Position numbers and translations under genes: made by a program. From positions 1 to 64,000 of the IMG/VR virus record IMGVR_UViG_3300010885_031189: DNA of 64,000 nucleotides; one strand, written 5' to 3'. This document shows positions 47,401-57,180 of the stretch, piece after piece. Source of the DNA: a virus. The notes beneath the pieces were generated by a model. It did not search any database. It saw nothing but the letters and a program-made list of their open reading frames with translations, and was not told the origin of the DNA. Position 1 is the first letter of the stretch. Every line of letters begins with the position of its first letter.

Positions 47401-48239
47401 CTATTTAAAAATATGATATATTTTCCTATAGGAAAATCAGTATCTGAATCAAATTGAATTATGTCACTTAATAAGTTACCATCTATACTAGTAAAAGTAG
47501 CTGATATGGCATAATCTATATAATTTATCAATGGTAGATTATAATAATAATCTTGCACATCGCTGGCTGGAACTGTAAATGTTATGGTGGCGGTACCATT
47601 GTTTGTTACACCATGTATACGACGGCTTGAAACTTCCGGTAAATATTGTTTAGTACCAGTTATACCTGGTTCAGTTTGAATCCAAATATTTCCAGAACCA
47701 ACATTTAACTGATAGGTATATCCTCTAGTTAAGTTAATGCTTCCAGCCGTTGTTATATCAATAGTGCGTACCAGAGGAGTTGAATTAGGTATCTCAGCAA
47801 TAGAAGTTAAAGGAACACTGTCAGGAAAAGTTGATAACCAATAGTATTGACTAAAATTTATTAACTTGTCCAAATCTATTTTAGGATCATAATTGTAATA
47901 TTCTGAGGCAAATAATCTAGAATGATTGTCTGTTAGTCCACCATAATATCCAATTTTTGATACTAGATCAGAATAATCACTATAGAAATCTATCTCATTA
48001 CTACTATTTTTAATAGTTACGCTAGGCTCAAGTTGATAATTAGCTCTGGCAGTAGTAGGCTCTACAATATAATTGTCACCTGTTTTAAAAGTAGGAGAAA
48101 ACTTTCTTCCAATATATCCATCTAATCTCTTATAACTTGGCTCACTAACCAGTTGGTCAAGAGTTGCGTGTAAGAACTTTTTATTTGTATTACTTTGAAA
48201 TACTGCAGGAAGAAAATCTAAGGTCTTTCTGGTAGCCAT
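41412..48239 (-). CDS. Giant baseplate wedge structural protein
   Basis: 2275 aa; N-terminal LDFLPAVFQ..NKKFL..TLDQL; follows the gp6-like gene. Confidence 0.7.
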   Translation of the reverse strand: MATRKTLDFLPAVFQSNTNKKFLHATLDQLVSEPSYKRLDGYIGRKFSPTFKTGDNYIVEPTTARANYQLEPSVTIKNSSNEIDFYSDYSDLVSKIGYYGGLTDNHSRLFASEYYNYDPKIDLDKLINFSQYYWLSTFPDSVPLTSIAEIPNSTPLVRTIDITTAGSINLTRGYTYQLNVGSGNIWIQTEPGITGTKQYLPEVSSRRIHGVTNNGTATITFTVPASDVQDYYYNLPLINYIDYAISATFTSIDGNLLSDIIQFDSDTDFPIGKYIIFLNSSTSGADWTTSTSTIVPVDDRYDIWQINIDDTEIVTLTKVRDFPIGNRVRINDGETQGGYEFFKNSSGTITLSPDITAPLSALYLQNANNSAQIKTINIIDAAQVVNSYGPININTGIIGELAYTSPNGVVFTNGLRISFDNTVIPQSYWSDDPTTLPVVPKTYIVEGVGTGISLVNVDTLLAVEILPDDSNVPFDIMNYDIGNYDEPIQSSLIPDYIVINRACTDLNAWSRANRWFHIDVITATADYLGKIPMFDQYQRANRPIIEFDQDLQLFNNGRVPLPNVDLFDEVITNASTQVNNVSINVLAGLGLVVEEFQTIIFSNDISSSVRRQIYEIQYTDQSGATFFDSTDEGVTGEITTTAGSFIVTGIGTNFLTEFKKGAHLYTNTGYDQTSNDTDSFDTPRVDYIGKVKRIYSNTILHIEQVAPASEDTITFAFNHARVILAATDLPIAYKYSTVLALSGTNAKITHWYNSLSLTNDPTVGFWQKSQIKTTINQPPLFDVIDANDISLADKNTYVNSTFSGTRIFSFLEGTGTVDPILNLPLSYTSVGNSIGDINFKNNFDNEDFTYTVNKSNLTFPISNGFLRQNLFTDLVKFNAFNFTQYSDKIVWTTVLEKSKQYQLITHTYTGATNYFEYDVLEVSSAYVSNFKVFVNNKLITTNFSKLPVGVKNTVKFNTGYLTIGDTIDILIYGEPVSKLGYYQIPTNLDANSKNISLSAVTLGQMRNHLLHISQNTLLSEGQTLKNYYYRNRNGSILQNSAPVMYSSLFLIDSNLNFINAIDLARREYTKFKNKFLELCVTLPDLNPANPVAGVDAVVSIINAVKNGSFSWYYSDMLPSGDNYTTLSHRIENTNVTDNLYSTGYALHSLYSITELSNRAIIVYYNGQQLMVNRDYIFNIVVASLKITDAVELAVDGILEIREYRTDGNCVPETPTKLGLYPKYMPEIYMDNTYQTEIAVIQGHDGSLTPAFGDLRDVYLLELERRIYNNIKAEYKTELIDIASYTPGKFRTTEYSLTEFNSVLNSEFLKWIGGNKIDYSGNPYFQSNNEFSWNYNRCLDIDGQPMIGYWRGIYKYFYDTDRPHTHPWEMIGFSEKPSGWEARYGAAPYTSGLLNLWLDLEDGYNYVTDSYNPLYARPNLSTFLPVDASGNLIDPTQLLSKFDSATLNYTFSIGDQGPVESAWRRTSEFAYAMQRTIALLKPAVYFGTLVDTSRYTPRVNIGQFTVNSTNKKVTPTSIVINGESVNGNITRASGYINWVSDYITSFGMIGPTKVRTYLSALDVKLSHKMAGFTDKKYITVLADQYSPNSTNESTIIPDENYMVHLNKSVPIRRINYSAVIVEKTDSGYTVSGYNLKTPYFTIIPSQSTGSSYAIQVLNTRGVIYNDYQNKKITVPYGYEFKNKQQIVDFLVSYQRILIAQGFVFENYNSDLGKTQDWVLAAEEFLTWTLQGWKSGNILVLSPVGSELKFTSTDSVVDMIGNRPNESRILNPNFEVIKNTALDIVRDSVVTTINAIYGQTIAFAEITLVQYDHTLIFDNVTVFNDVIYKPELGNRQHRLRITGSKTSNWNGELSPAGFIYNNSVTTNWSPTTDYKKGDIVSYKKISYTALQDMVAADSFDFNYWSQLDRALTSGLLPNFSNNALKLADIYNIDNQQLDENFDTFSKGLIGYRSRSYLEDIGMNQTTQSKFYQGYIREKGTQNAISALAKSQFNKQQTNLITFEEWAMRVGEYGAIDANQSISVRLDETQYKANPSSLSLLGKNDTSVDLVNIVRPLNLLNSPLKYEPSVFLNREPTRYYEDDIKSAGYVNINDVDSLLFDMTNYAALSAILPNIVTGYRIWVAKDFNDDWQVYRVTEVPHTVTKLDYALDNKITVTMSAAHGLAVRDVFAFSGLDANFDNFYQVLVVESTTSVIVAIDSILVNLIRTNPIEGSGDLFDLTRMRYSTISQVTSSPPKNGWRVGDMAWVDKNQDGQWEAIVYNPNNITLPKRATSNNSI

Positions 48240-48252
48240 TCTTATTTACCTA

Positions 48253-51200
48253 TCAAAATGTGATACTACGATTTGATGCTGCTAAACTTTGATTTAATTG
48301 TCCAGATGTTAAGGATGTGATAATCTCTACATTATCTACTGTAGCTGAACTAATTATAATTTCATTTGCTTCTGCATTAATTTGATATAAATTACCAAAA
48401 CTCACCGTGTCATCATCAGGCACTATAATAATACTAGCAATATTTGGACTTAATACTCTATGTAAATATGCTGATAACTCACTAAAGTAAAATGTATCAC
48501 CAAAATCCCAGTTTGTTATATCAAAATAAACATTTATTGCATTTATCACTGATGTTTTAATATCAGCATCACTTATATTTAATCCAGGATTTTTCACAAC
48601 CTTAAAGGTCGCTTGTAAATTAAGTGAAGATTTATTACCAAACACCGGCTTAAACTTTGCACTTTGAAAAACAATAGTGTCACTTATTGATTTTATATTG
48701 TTTAATGTCGCATAATCAGTTTCTAATGCTATATTTGTTGGTGCAACTGGTTCTGCTACTGTGTTTGAATTATCTACAATCCAATTGCGATAATCAGTAT
48801 TATATGTAGTGGTTAACACATATAAATCAATGATATTACTGGTACTAGGATCAACCCTGCTATTACTTGGAGTTGTATGTCTATACTGATAATACAAATC
48901 TTGTCGCCCATAATATGCGATGTAATCTGATAACGGATTTCCTAATGCCAATGTACTAGACAATTGATAGAATAAATTTTCAGTTGTTGCATAAAATAGT
49001 TGTCCGGCAAAAAAATTACCTTTATTAGTTATTATCTGAGAAGTAGTAGCATAGATACTAACAATAGTTTTATTATCTACTAATTCAATATACATGAATC
49101 GATCATTTTCATATCCAACAACTGTCTTGAAAAATACATATTTACTATTATTACTGGGTAAAGGATTTACTATAAATTCAAATAATTGTGGATTATCTGG
49201 AACACCATCATTATTTGTATCAGCAAAAGTAACATAAATGCTGTTAGTACTTGCATATCCGTCAGGATCTACAATAGAATTATGTACATACCATGAAGAA
49301 TCTTGCCCCAATGGTAATACTGTATTAGGTCCAGGATTAGTCTTTAATATTTTTATATTATCTCTTATTACTTTTCCAGCTTTGCTATCAAATACATTCA
49401 AGTCTCTATCAAAAAAGAAATTTGTTTCCGCTGGACTGTGAAAAATATATTCTAATCCACGATAATAAGTAGTATATTGTTCAGATGCAGCATTATAGGT
49501 AAATCTTAATAACCAGCTATTATTTAACTGAGTTCCACTTTGGCTACCTATATTTAATAATGAAAATGTATTTTGAATAGTACTTGAAGTGGAATCTATT
49601 TTTAAATTTTCTTCGTAGATTATTCTCCATGATCCGCGTACTGCATCATATTCTAATCCAAAATTTTTATATGTGTTTATTAAGTCAACAAGTGCCGTAG
49701 TAAAAGCAGTGCTTATGTAATTTTTAAATACAGGAAATATACTAAAAACTATAGCATTAGTGGGTACTTTTACATTTAAAGTTACTGGTCCTACCCCAGT
49801 AGAAAGATTACCCACTCCGCGATTTGCACCATCACCAATTACATTAGTAACAGATGCATAAAAGAAGGTTTTATCATCCAGTCTTATTGCTTGTCCTGGA
49901 ACAAGATTGTTATTAATATCAAAATGGAAGTTTACTGGTGAAGTAAACTTTATAATTGCGCCTACTTTTAAAAATGTTGCACCTGAATTAGATGCTGCTG
50001 CGCCACCAATTAATGATGGAACATTTAATTTTTTGAAATATCCAGTTGAACTGGTTGTTCCGGACGTAGTTGAATTCCATGTCAATCCGCCCGACTGATA
50101 TGCAGGAAAATTAGCATAATAGAATTGTAATAATTCTTGAGACTTTATCACATTAGCAATAGAAGTTGTTAAAATTCTGCGTATTTCTATTGGTGATAAG
50201 AAATTAAATTTTAAATTTCTAAGGTAACTATTACGATACAATACACCATCTTCGCCGAACATATTGGTACTGCTATAATTGGCAGTGGGATCTAGTGTGT
50301 CTAAATATTTACTTAACCCAATACTAGTTCTGTTTAATGCTTTTACTTTAGATACAGAACTAAAAGTAGTATAAGGTAAAATATTATAATCTTCACCGGT
50401 AATCATGCGATTCTGAGTATAATATTGTTGAGGAGCTTTTTGCTTTATATCATCAATACTTTCTCTAGAAGATGCATTGGCAATAGTATACCCTAAACTG
50501 GCTCTGAATGTAATAGTTTCTATACGGTTAATACGACTAACATAATTAAATGATATCGTAATTGACTGCATTGAATCAGGTGTAATCTTATACCCTAGCC
50601 CATTGGCTGTTCTGTAAAAATATCTGAATTTGCCTTGTGGTATATTAGAAAATGCTCCATCACCAAAAATTAAATCAACTTGATCTCCGGCTTTGCTGTT
50701 AACTTGATATAGATTTCTAGCAGATGCACTATTATAGATAACATTTATTCCAGCAACTGCTGGGACGGCCTTCCATAAAGTTTGTAGGTTGCCATTTGAA
50801 TCCAAACTGTATAACCATCCATCCCCATTATTAATGCCATTTATATCTACATTAACTATTTTATTAGGAACAACATCAGTTATTGAGAAATCAAAACTAG
50901 CAAGATTTCCTTGCTTAAAGTAAAAGAAGAATCCTGTGTTATTACTAGAATTTCCCAAATTATCATTTTTATATAATACATTAAACACTCCACCTAATTT
51001 AGGTGAGGTCTCATAGATATATGGTTCATTGGTCGATGAAGAACTAACTGCTTCAAATGCAGTTTTTGATCCTTCAATTGAAGCGTCAAATCTATAAATT
51101 GGCAACACTGATGGAATTAAATTAATGCTATACTCATCATTGGTAATACCATTTAATAATTGTGAATTACCAGGCTTCCCTACTATTTGACTGTTAACTA

Positions 51201-51690
51201 AACATGCATTAAATATTACAGTAAATTGTTCTAGCCAATTCTCATTGGATGGGTCATTCCATGATATAGGTGTACCACTAAGATTTATACTATTACTATC
51301 ATACACATTTTCACTCGTAGATATACTATCTACTTTTAGAAATCCAGATGCAGATATTGCTCTTTTCGGATTATAACTTATTAATCTGGCTAGTTTTAAT
51401 ACACTATCTCTTCGTTCAGCCGTATCTAAAAAGTTTTCTCTAGCATTAAGGTCTGTCCTAAATGCCAAACTTTGTCCCATGAAGGCAATAAGGTCTATCA
51501 GTGCAATAAATTCGCTACTTTCAGTAAAATCGTTGAAATCTTCTGGGTAATATAACTTGAGATAATCAATCATACTCTTACGCAGAGTCTCAAAGTCATA
51601 GGTAGAGAAGTCAGCTTCTCGGAAGGTCTGATATAGTTTTTTCCAATTTTCTGCTGCTAGCAGGCTGGTTTGACGAGAAATTATAGCCAT
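48253..51690 (-). CDS. gp6: Baseplate wedge subunit (T4 gp6-like)
   Basis: DFETLRKSMIDYL, ENFLDTAERRDSVLKLARLISYNPKR and ESIDDIKQKAP..YYTQNRMIT.EDY motifs. Confidence 0.85.
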   Translation of the reverse strand: MAIISRQTSLLAAENWKKLYQTFREADFSTYDFETLRKSMIDYLKLYYPEDFNDFTESSEFIALIDLIAFMGQSLAFRTDLNARENFLDTAERRDSVLKLARLISYNPKRAISASGFLKVDSISTSENVYDSNSINLSGTPISWNDPSNENWLEQFTVIFNACLVNSQIVGKPGNSQLLNGITNDEYSINLIPSVLPIYRFDASIEGSKTAFEAVSSSSTNEPYIYETSPKLGGVFNVLYKNDNLGNSSNNTGFFFYFKQGNLASFDFSITDVVPNKIVNVDINGINNGDGWLYSLDSNGNLQTLWKAVPAVAGINVIYNSASARNLYQVNSKAGDQVDLIFGDGAFSNIPQGKFRYFYRTANGLGYKITPDSMQSITISFNYVSRINRIETITFRASLGYTIANASSRESIDDIKQKAPQQYYTQNRMITGEDYNILPYTTFSSVSKVKALNRTSIGLSKYLDTLDPTANYSSTNMFGEDGVLYRNSYLRNLKFNFLSPIEIRRILTTSIANVIKSQELLQFYYANFPAYQSGGLTWNSTTSGTTSSTGYFKKLNVPSLIGGAAASNSGATFLKVGAIIKFTSPVNFHFDINNNLVPGQAIRLDDKTFFYASVTNVIGDGANRGVGNLSTGVGPVTLNVKVPTNAIVFSIFPVFKNYISTAFTTALVDLINTYKNFGLEYDAVRGSWRIIYEENLKIDSTSSTIQNTFSLLNIGSQSGTQLNNSWLLRFTYNAASEQYTTYYRGLEYIFHSPAETNFFFDRDLNVFDSKAGKVIRDNIKILKTNPGPNTVLPLGQDSSWYVHNSIVDPDGYASTNSIYVTFADTNNDGVPDNPQLFEFIVNPLPSNNSKYVFFKTVVGYENDRFMYIELVDNKTIVSIYATTSQIITNKGNFFAGQLFYATTENLFYQLSSTLALGNPLSDYIAYYGRQDLYYQYRHTTPSNSRVDPSTSNIIDLYVLTTTYNTDYRNWIVDNSNTVAEPVAPTNIALETDYATLNNIKSISDTIVFQSAKFKPVFGNKSSLNLQATFKVVKNPGLNISDADIKTSVINAINVYFDITNWDFGDTFYFSELSAYLHRVLSPNIASIIIVPDDDTVSFGNLYQINAEANEIIISSATVDNVEIITSLTSGQLNQSLAASNRSITF

Positions 51691-51713
51691 TGTGTTGTAT
51701 AACTCAGTTTATG

Positions 51714-51721
51714 TATTTATT
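51714..51721 (-). promoter_or_regulatory. Late promoter-like AATAAATA
   Basis: Upstream of the gp6-like gene. Confidence 0.5.
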
Positions 51722-51739
51722 TTAGTATAAAGTAGACAC

Positions 51740-52117
51740 TTAATTGATAACAGATAACTGTTTAGAGTCTCGGTCAAAATTCAAGGTCATAACAGCAAGT
51801 TGATTAGTTATAACATACCTAAGGTTCAATATGATTTGAATACCATACTGATATTCAGTAACTGATAATTCATCAACTGATAACCGTGGGTCATAATTAA
51901 CGATAGTTTTAATATCATTAATTATTGTATCTTTGACCGATGATGTAAATGGATCAAACAATAGATTCCATATAATGCAACCAAAGTTTGGATTCATTAA
52001 TTTTTCACCCTTTCGGATATAAAAATGGTTAATGAGGTCTTGCTTAATCAAAGCAAAATCAGTTACTTTAAATTTACGAGTCCTATTAAAAGTACTAAAT
52101 CCAGAATAAGTAGTCAT
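51740..52117 (-). CDS. gp25: Baseplate wedge subunit (gp25-like)
   Basis: RKGEKLMNPNFGC.IW.LLFDP and YDPRL motifs. Confidence 0.88.
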   Translation of the reverse strand: MTTYSGFSTFNRTRKFKVTDFALIKQDLINHFYIRKGEKLMNPNFGCIIWNLLFDPFTSSVKDTIINDIKTIVNYDPRLSVDELSVTEYQYGIQIILNLRYVITNQLAVMTLNFDRDSKQLSVIN

Positions 52118-52122
52118 ATATA

Positions 52123-52130
52123 TATTTATG
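52123..52130 (-). promoter_or_regulatory. Late promoter-like CATAAATA
   Basis: Upstream of the gp25-like gene. Confidence 0.5.
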
Positions 52131-54222
52131 CTAGTTTTGCTAGTACATCAACTGCGTATCTTCCTCTATTGAAATAAGTTGTACCAGATGTATTGTTAGC
52201 ATCTTGTCCAGTACCGGTCTTTCTCCAAGTATTAGCTCCACCCGAACCTAATAAATGGCTAGCACTTAACATTCCAGCAACAGTACATTGATCATCTCCA
52301 TTTTTTATTCCCTGTTTTTTAACCAAGGTAGAATAATTTGAATTTAATAAGGTAAGCATTGCAGTTTCTTGCACGCCTGAATTGGATAAAAAATCTTCTT
52401 TTGAATTGATACCATCTTTGCCGCGCCAACTTGAAGGATAATTTACTGCATTATTGCCATATAACGCAAGTGCATCTTTCTTAATGTATCCCTGATCTGA
52501 TAACACTGCTGCACTGAACTGGTACTTTCCAATATAATTAAATTGATTAGTAGCTTTATAATTTCCACTGCTTTCGCTATATCCTATTTGTGTCATCAAT
52601 GCTTTAGTTTGTTCTATGGTCAATGGTCCTACTGCACTTACTGGTGTAGGATTGCTAGTGTTATTCATATAACTTTTAGGAGCGCCCTTACTAACAGATG
52701 CATTAGCTGCAGCCGTGGGTCCAGCGTCAGATGATCCACCACCAATGCATTCAATTGGGTTAATATCTTCAGTAGGAGGATCTCCTTTAGTTACATCTGC
52801 GTTTTCACTGCCTGCTGGAGTAGGTTGAACTAATGGTCCGGTTAGTGCAGCATTTGGTGTCCCTGTTTTTCTAGACCAGGGTTCATGTGTTGGAGCTATT
52901 TTAACAATACTGTTTAATGCACCAGGAGTGCTTATCCATTTGCCATCTTTAAGTCCAGTTTCACTTAATTTGTTTACTGTGATAGGCGCAGGTTGAGTAA
53001 TTTTGGGGCCTTGTCCAGAATTCAAGTTTATAGTTGATCCAGTAAATTTCAAATCGGCAGCTGAACTGAAACTTCCGCCTTCTGACGCATTTAGGTCTAA
53101 TCTTCCAGCACTAGCCAGTCCTATACTGCCAGCATACAATACTGTCTGGTTAATGCTTGTTAAGTTTATCTCTTTACTTTGTAAATTTATAGCTTTAGTA
53201 GCAGATAAGTTAAAGGTTCCACCTGCATTTAAATTAATGTCTTTATCAGCATGTAAATTTAAGTCCGCTTTTGTTCGTATATTGACACTACTAGCACTGA
53301 ATACATTTAAATGTCCGCTACCTGTCATTTCTAACCAGACACTGCCATTACTATTTCCAATGTATAGAATTTTTTCCGAGTCATTCATTAACAGTTGATG
53401 CCCACCCGCTGTTCGTAAGCGTATCAATCTGTCTTTGTCATTGGTGTCACCATCATCCATTACAAATTGATGACCACCTTTTCGTGTCATTACAGTATCA
53501 GTTGCATTTTCATTGAATGGTCGGCCTGGAGTGCTTATACCAAATACTGTACTAGGTGTTTCTCGTTGACTACTACTACTAATTGTACCTCGTACGGTAT
53601 CTTCATCCAATCCTTGAGTGAATAGAATCTTAGCTTGTTCTTCATGTAGAGGCTTCTTGAGAGCTACATATTGTGTCCAATCTACATCTACATTTTCATT
53701 GAACTCAACAACTGGCATTATTTTTTTAGCGTATAACTTTTGGACAGTTGGGTCTTTAATTTTGGTATCATCTATGTTCTTGGCCCCTGCTAAACCAGGA
53801 ACCATGTGATGCCCTAATTGATTCGGCACACATGCGAACCAATATCCTCTCATAGGATCGCCAGCTACAAAAGTACAAAGTACCAAATTTCCTATATCTG
53901 GAACAGTAAACCACATACCATAGGTATGTCTAACTGTAGTAAATGAATTTTCGGTCGGAGCTGTTTTACCTGGAATAGAATTCTGTTGAGTAGTACTACC
54001 AAAGAATGGACTAGCATAGCTTACTGTTCGCCAGTTACTGGGATTAGTTTCGTCACCTGCACCTAAGTCAGGAATCCAAATTTGAAGTCTACCCGACATG
54101 GTATAGTCAATGTTATTAACAATTTTACCGATGTATGGCCCTGAATCAAGTCGTAGACCGGGACTATCCTCTCGTCTTACATATTCCGGAACTTTTTTAC
54201 CAGAGCGTTTGTCACTAGCCAT
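52126..54222 (-). CDS. gp5: Baseplate central spike (gp5/VgrG-like) with C-terminal lysozyme-like domain
   Basis: OB-fold (GRLQIWIP, PDIGNLVLCTF), beta-helix repeats, then ESSGNY..N..YIGKYQF..AGMLSASHLLG. Confidence 0.8.
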   Translation of the reverse strand: MASDKRSGKKVPEYVRREDSPGLRLDSGPYIGKIVNNIDYTMSGRLQIWIPDLGAGDETNPSNWRTVSYASPFFGSTTQQNSIPGKTAPTENSFTTVRHTYGMWFTVPDIGNLVLCTFVAGDPMRGYWFACVPNQLGHHMVPGLAGAKNIDDTKIKDPTVQKLYAKKIMPVVEFNENVDVDWTQYVALKKPLHEEQAKILFTQGLDEDTVRGTISSSSQRETPSTVFGISTPGRPFNENATDTVMTRKGGHQFVMDDGDTNDKDRLIRLRTAGGHQLLMNDSEKILYIGNSNGSVWLEMTGSGHLNVFSASSVNIRTKADLNLHADKDINLNAGGTFNLSATKAINLQSKEINLTSINQTVLYAGSIGLASAGRLDLNASEGGSFSSAADLKFTGSTINLNSGQGPKITQPAPITVNKLSETGLKDGKWISTPGALNSIVKIAPTHEPWSRKTGTPNAALTGPLVQPTPAGSENADVTKGDPPTEDINPIECIGGGSSDAGPTAAANASVSKGAPKSYMNNTSNPTPVSAVGPLTIEQTKALMTQIGYSESSGNYKATNQFNYIGKYQFSAAVLSDQGYIKKDALALYGNNAVNYPSSWRGKDGINSKEDFLSNSGVQETAMLTLLNSNYSTLVKKQGIKNGDDQCTVAGMLSASHLLGSGGANTWRKTGTGQDANNTSGTTYFNRGRYAVDVLAKLA

Positions 54223-54225
54223 TTG

Positions 54226-56877
54226 TTATCCTAATCCCATATCAACTACATTTCCATCGCCTGCTGTACTAGTAATAGATGTAGTTGGTGCTGTTTCATC
54301 AATTTTCTGCAATGCTTGTCTGTTAAGGTCTGGGGCAACATCAATAACATTTGCTTTCTTATTCTCAGCCGCTTCTACTTTACCCACTTCTTTATTGGTG
54401 GTAGGTATAGTGGTAGTGGTGGCAGTTGTAGCATCAGTTGCATTCTGCATTTGTTGAGCTTCTCCTAACTTAACTGTCGCTGCGGCAGCATCAGCAGTTG
54501 TTTTCGGATCTGCTACTCGTTGTGTAGATTCAGTTGGTGGTGTATTTGAATCATATTTTGGTTGATCTAATAATCTAACTAAGTCAAGAGACTGAGTAAA
54601 TTGTCCTTTATCAAACGAATTTTCAATAGTTATGATACGATAAATTCCACTGAATACGCTAGTACTATATGTATCACCTTCTTTCAATCCATCCATCAAT
54701 CCAGTGTCTTGATTTAGATCAGACGGTGTTCTGAACTCCAATAATGCAAATATTTCTTGAGTGTCCATTGTTAAACTTGAATGCTTATCTATGGCAAGGT
54801 CTTGTCCCTGAGCTACCATATTACTTGGATTAAAAAATAAGTCATCTTGTTTTATAAATTCAGGATCCCCAGAAATTTTAAGTTTAACATTTATCATGTC
54901 TCCTCTACTACTTGACATCATTGATTTGTGTAAATCATTTGCGTCAATAGTTTTCTTATCTTGGGTAGCATTAGTAGTATTGGCTGAATCTGCCTGCGCT
55001 GAAACATTTTTGTACTTATTTACTGCGATTGATCCCTTCTTATCGGTATCAGTTGAAGTTGTATCTGCATTATTTTCAACTGTTGCTGCTGCTTGTACTT
55101 TTATAGATTCACCTTTGGCAGCATCTGCTGTCATTATAGTAAAAAACATACTATCAAAATCAATAGAAAAATCAAGTATTGATTGATTTAACCCAGTATA
55201 CATGTAATAATATTCTTTTACACATGTAGTAGGAAGAGATTTAGTAGCGTTTGGATATTTTTGATTAAAATGAGGAATTTTTGTAATATAATATGTTATT
55301 GATTTTTGATAAACTCTGCGTTTCTCATCAAACTTACCTAATTCTAGCCGTGGTACGATTTTAAAAGAAAATATAGGGTCATTTTCGGTTACTTCAGTGG
55401 GTGGAGGATCTTTAATTTGCTTTTTGAAAAAATCACTATTTTTTATTACTTGATTAATTACTTCAACAATAGATGTTCCTGCATTTATGCTGAAGGTCGA
55501 TGAGTCGGGTTCTACTATTCCGGTAGGCACAACATTGAATTTTGACCTAATAGCATCAGCACCAGTTCTGTTTTTCATATTGGTACTACTTGCTGGATTT
55601 CTTTTTGGATCAACTATTAATGAATTTGCTATATCATCATCAATTACAAAATTAAATTCATCTGCAAATTGTTGGTGATTATTTTTTACCAATTGTTTTT
55701 CATAACTATTAATTGCGGCAGTATAGCTATAAGTTTTAAACGCTGTATTGTTATTTGATTGTACGGCATCTGTTGCTCCTTTAAGGGTATCCGCAGTTCT
55801 CTTTCCAGCCTCTGCCGTATTACTACCTAATTCACCCATTGAATTAACTATGTTATTATTTGTGTTTGCTTCTTTAACCGCAGCATTAGCAGCATTTCTA
55901 CTATCTACAATTATAGCAGCCTGGCCTGCATCGCGAGTAGAACTAAAAAATTCTTGAATATTTTTAGCTTGCACTTCAAAGAATGCAGGAGTAGTACAAT
56001 TACTTTCTGAATAGGCAGTATGTGAGTATGGTACAGCATCAAATTGATATTCTGATCCTTTGAGGCTAGCTTTTATTTTACAATTTATTAATTTTATTGG
56101 TATAAATTTAGTCTGTTCAGTGATAGGGCCCAATGGTTGACCTTTATCACTATTCCCATAAAAATCTACCTGCAACATAAACGGAAGTTGATCCCAATTT
56201 TTTGCCTTTAATGTATCAGCTACTGCAAGTAATCGGTTCATTAATGTAATACCATATGGTTCAATTATGGTAAAGTGAACCTCTATTACATTTGTGCCTC
56301 GTGTTCTGGCATTAAATCCAATAAGTGTCATAAATTTTAAATTGTCAAAATAGAAATCTTCTATAAAATTTGCATCTCGTTTAAAATTTTCACCTTTTCT
56401 ACCAGCACTAGCTATTAATACAGTTCCCTGTCCACCATCAGTTACTGGTATATATTGATAACCAGGTACAGTAACTAACTTGTTGTATATACTAGGTGGT
56501 AGAATGTGTAAGCTTACTCCATATGTGTAATTTGCATAACCATCTAATGGATTTTCTCTACCACCATATCCTGCTATTACCTTACGAGTAACGGCTTCTT
56601 GTTTACCACCCACGTCACTCTGTGCAGATTCAGATGCAGGTTTTTTTAATAAATCAGTGTTTATTCCTAATAATCCAAGATCAGCCGTACCAGTTTTAAA
56701 CGCGGAATCTAATTTTGTTTTTTCCTGAAAAGTTATTTTTTCACCTGCAGTAGAAGCTAATTGTTCCGCAGCTACATTATTGGCAGCAGTGACTTTATCT
56801 GCTGCAGTAGTCAACGGATTAGCTGCTTGCTTACGAGCGGCAGTATCTGATGCAAAAGTTGCTGGGGTAGTTGCCAT
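54226..56877 (-). CDS. Baseplate hub protein (gp27-like)
   Basis: FTIIEPYG, KLKISGDP and FSGIYRIITIENSFDKGQFTQSL motifs; lies between gp53-like and gp5-like genes. Confidence 0.65.
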   Translation of the reverse strand: MATTPATFASDTAARKQAANPLTTAADKVTAANNVAAEQLASTAGEKITFQEKTKLDSAFKTGTADLGLLGINTDLLKKPASESAQSDVGGKQEAVTRKVIAGYGGRENPLDGYANYTYGVSLHILPPSIYNKLVTVPGYQYIPVTDGGQGTVLIASAGRKGENFKRDANFIEDFYFDNLKFMTLIGFNARTRGTNVIEVHFTIIEPYGITLMNRLLAVADTLKAKNWDQLPFMLQVDFYGNSDKGQPLGPITEQTKFIPIKLINCKIKASLKGSEYQFDAVPYSHTAYSESNCTTPAFFEVQAKNIQEFFSSTRDAGQAAIIVDSRNAANAAVKEANTNNNIVNSMGELGSNTAEAGKRTADTLKGATDAVQSNNNTAFKTYSYTAAINSYEKQLVKNNHQQFADEFNFVIDDDIANSLIVDPKRNPASSTNMKNRTGADAIRSKFNVVPTGIVEPDSSTFSINAGTSIVEVINQVIKNSDFFKKQIKDPPPTEVTENDPIFSFKIVPRLELGKFDEKRRVYQKSITYYITKIPHFNQKYPNATKSLPTTCVKEYYYMYTGLNQSILDFSIDFDSMFFTIMTADAAKGESIKVQAAATVENNADTTSTDTDKKGSIAVNKYKNVSAQADSANTTNATQDKKTIDANDLHKSMMSSSRGDMINVKLKISGDPEFIKQDDLFFNPSNMVAQGQDLAIDKHSSLTMDTQEIFALLEFRTPSDLNQDTGLMDGLKEGDTYSTSVFSGIYRIITIENSFDKGQFTQSLDLVRLLDQPKYDSNTPPTESTQRVADPKTTADAAAATVKLGEAQQMQNATDATTATTTTIPTTNKEVGKVEAAENKKANVIDVAPDLNRQALQKIDETAPTTSITSTAGDGNVVDMGLG

Positions 56878-57180
56878 TTATAATCCCAAATAAGTGGTCA
56901 ATGTGTTTTTGTTAGGAATGTATATAGTCTGTCCAGGAAAGAAATCAAATATCGGATCTTTTATTACATTTGGATTTCTAACAGCAAATACCCACCACAA
57001 TGATGAACTTCCATATAAGTCATTGGCTAACATATCAGGTCTATACTTGTATACAATACCTATTGTATACTCAACATCAGATGCTAATTTAGGTATCGCT
57101 CTATATGATAGTATATCAAGAAATGGGCCAAAAGTTGGTGTTTTATAATAAGGACTAGTTTTTGAATAGGCTGCTGACAT
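56878..57180 (-). CDS. gp53: Baseplate wedge subunit (gp53/LysM-like)
   Basis: YRPDMLANDLYGSSSLWWVF..RN...PGQTIYIP motif. Confidence 0.8.
   Translation of the reverse strand: MSAAYSKTSPYYKTPTFGPFLDILSYRAIPKLASDVEYTIGIVYKYRPDMLANDLYGSSSLWWVFAVRNPNVIKDPIFDFFPGQTIYIPNKNTLTTYLGL

Noticed and set aside
32259-57148. Plus-strand short ORFs within the tail/baseplate block
   Set aside because: They lie wholly antisense to long structural genes and lack SDs or recognisable motifs.
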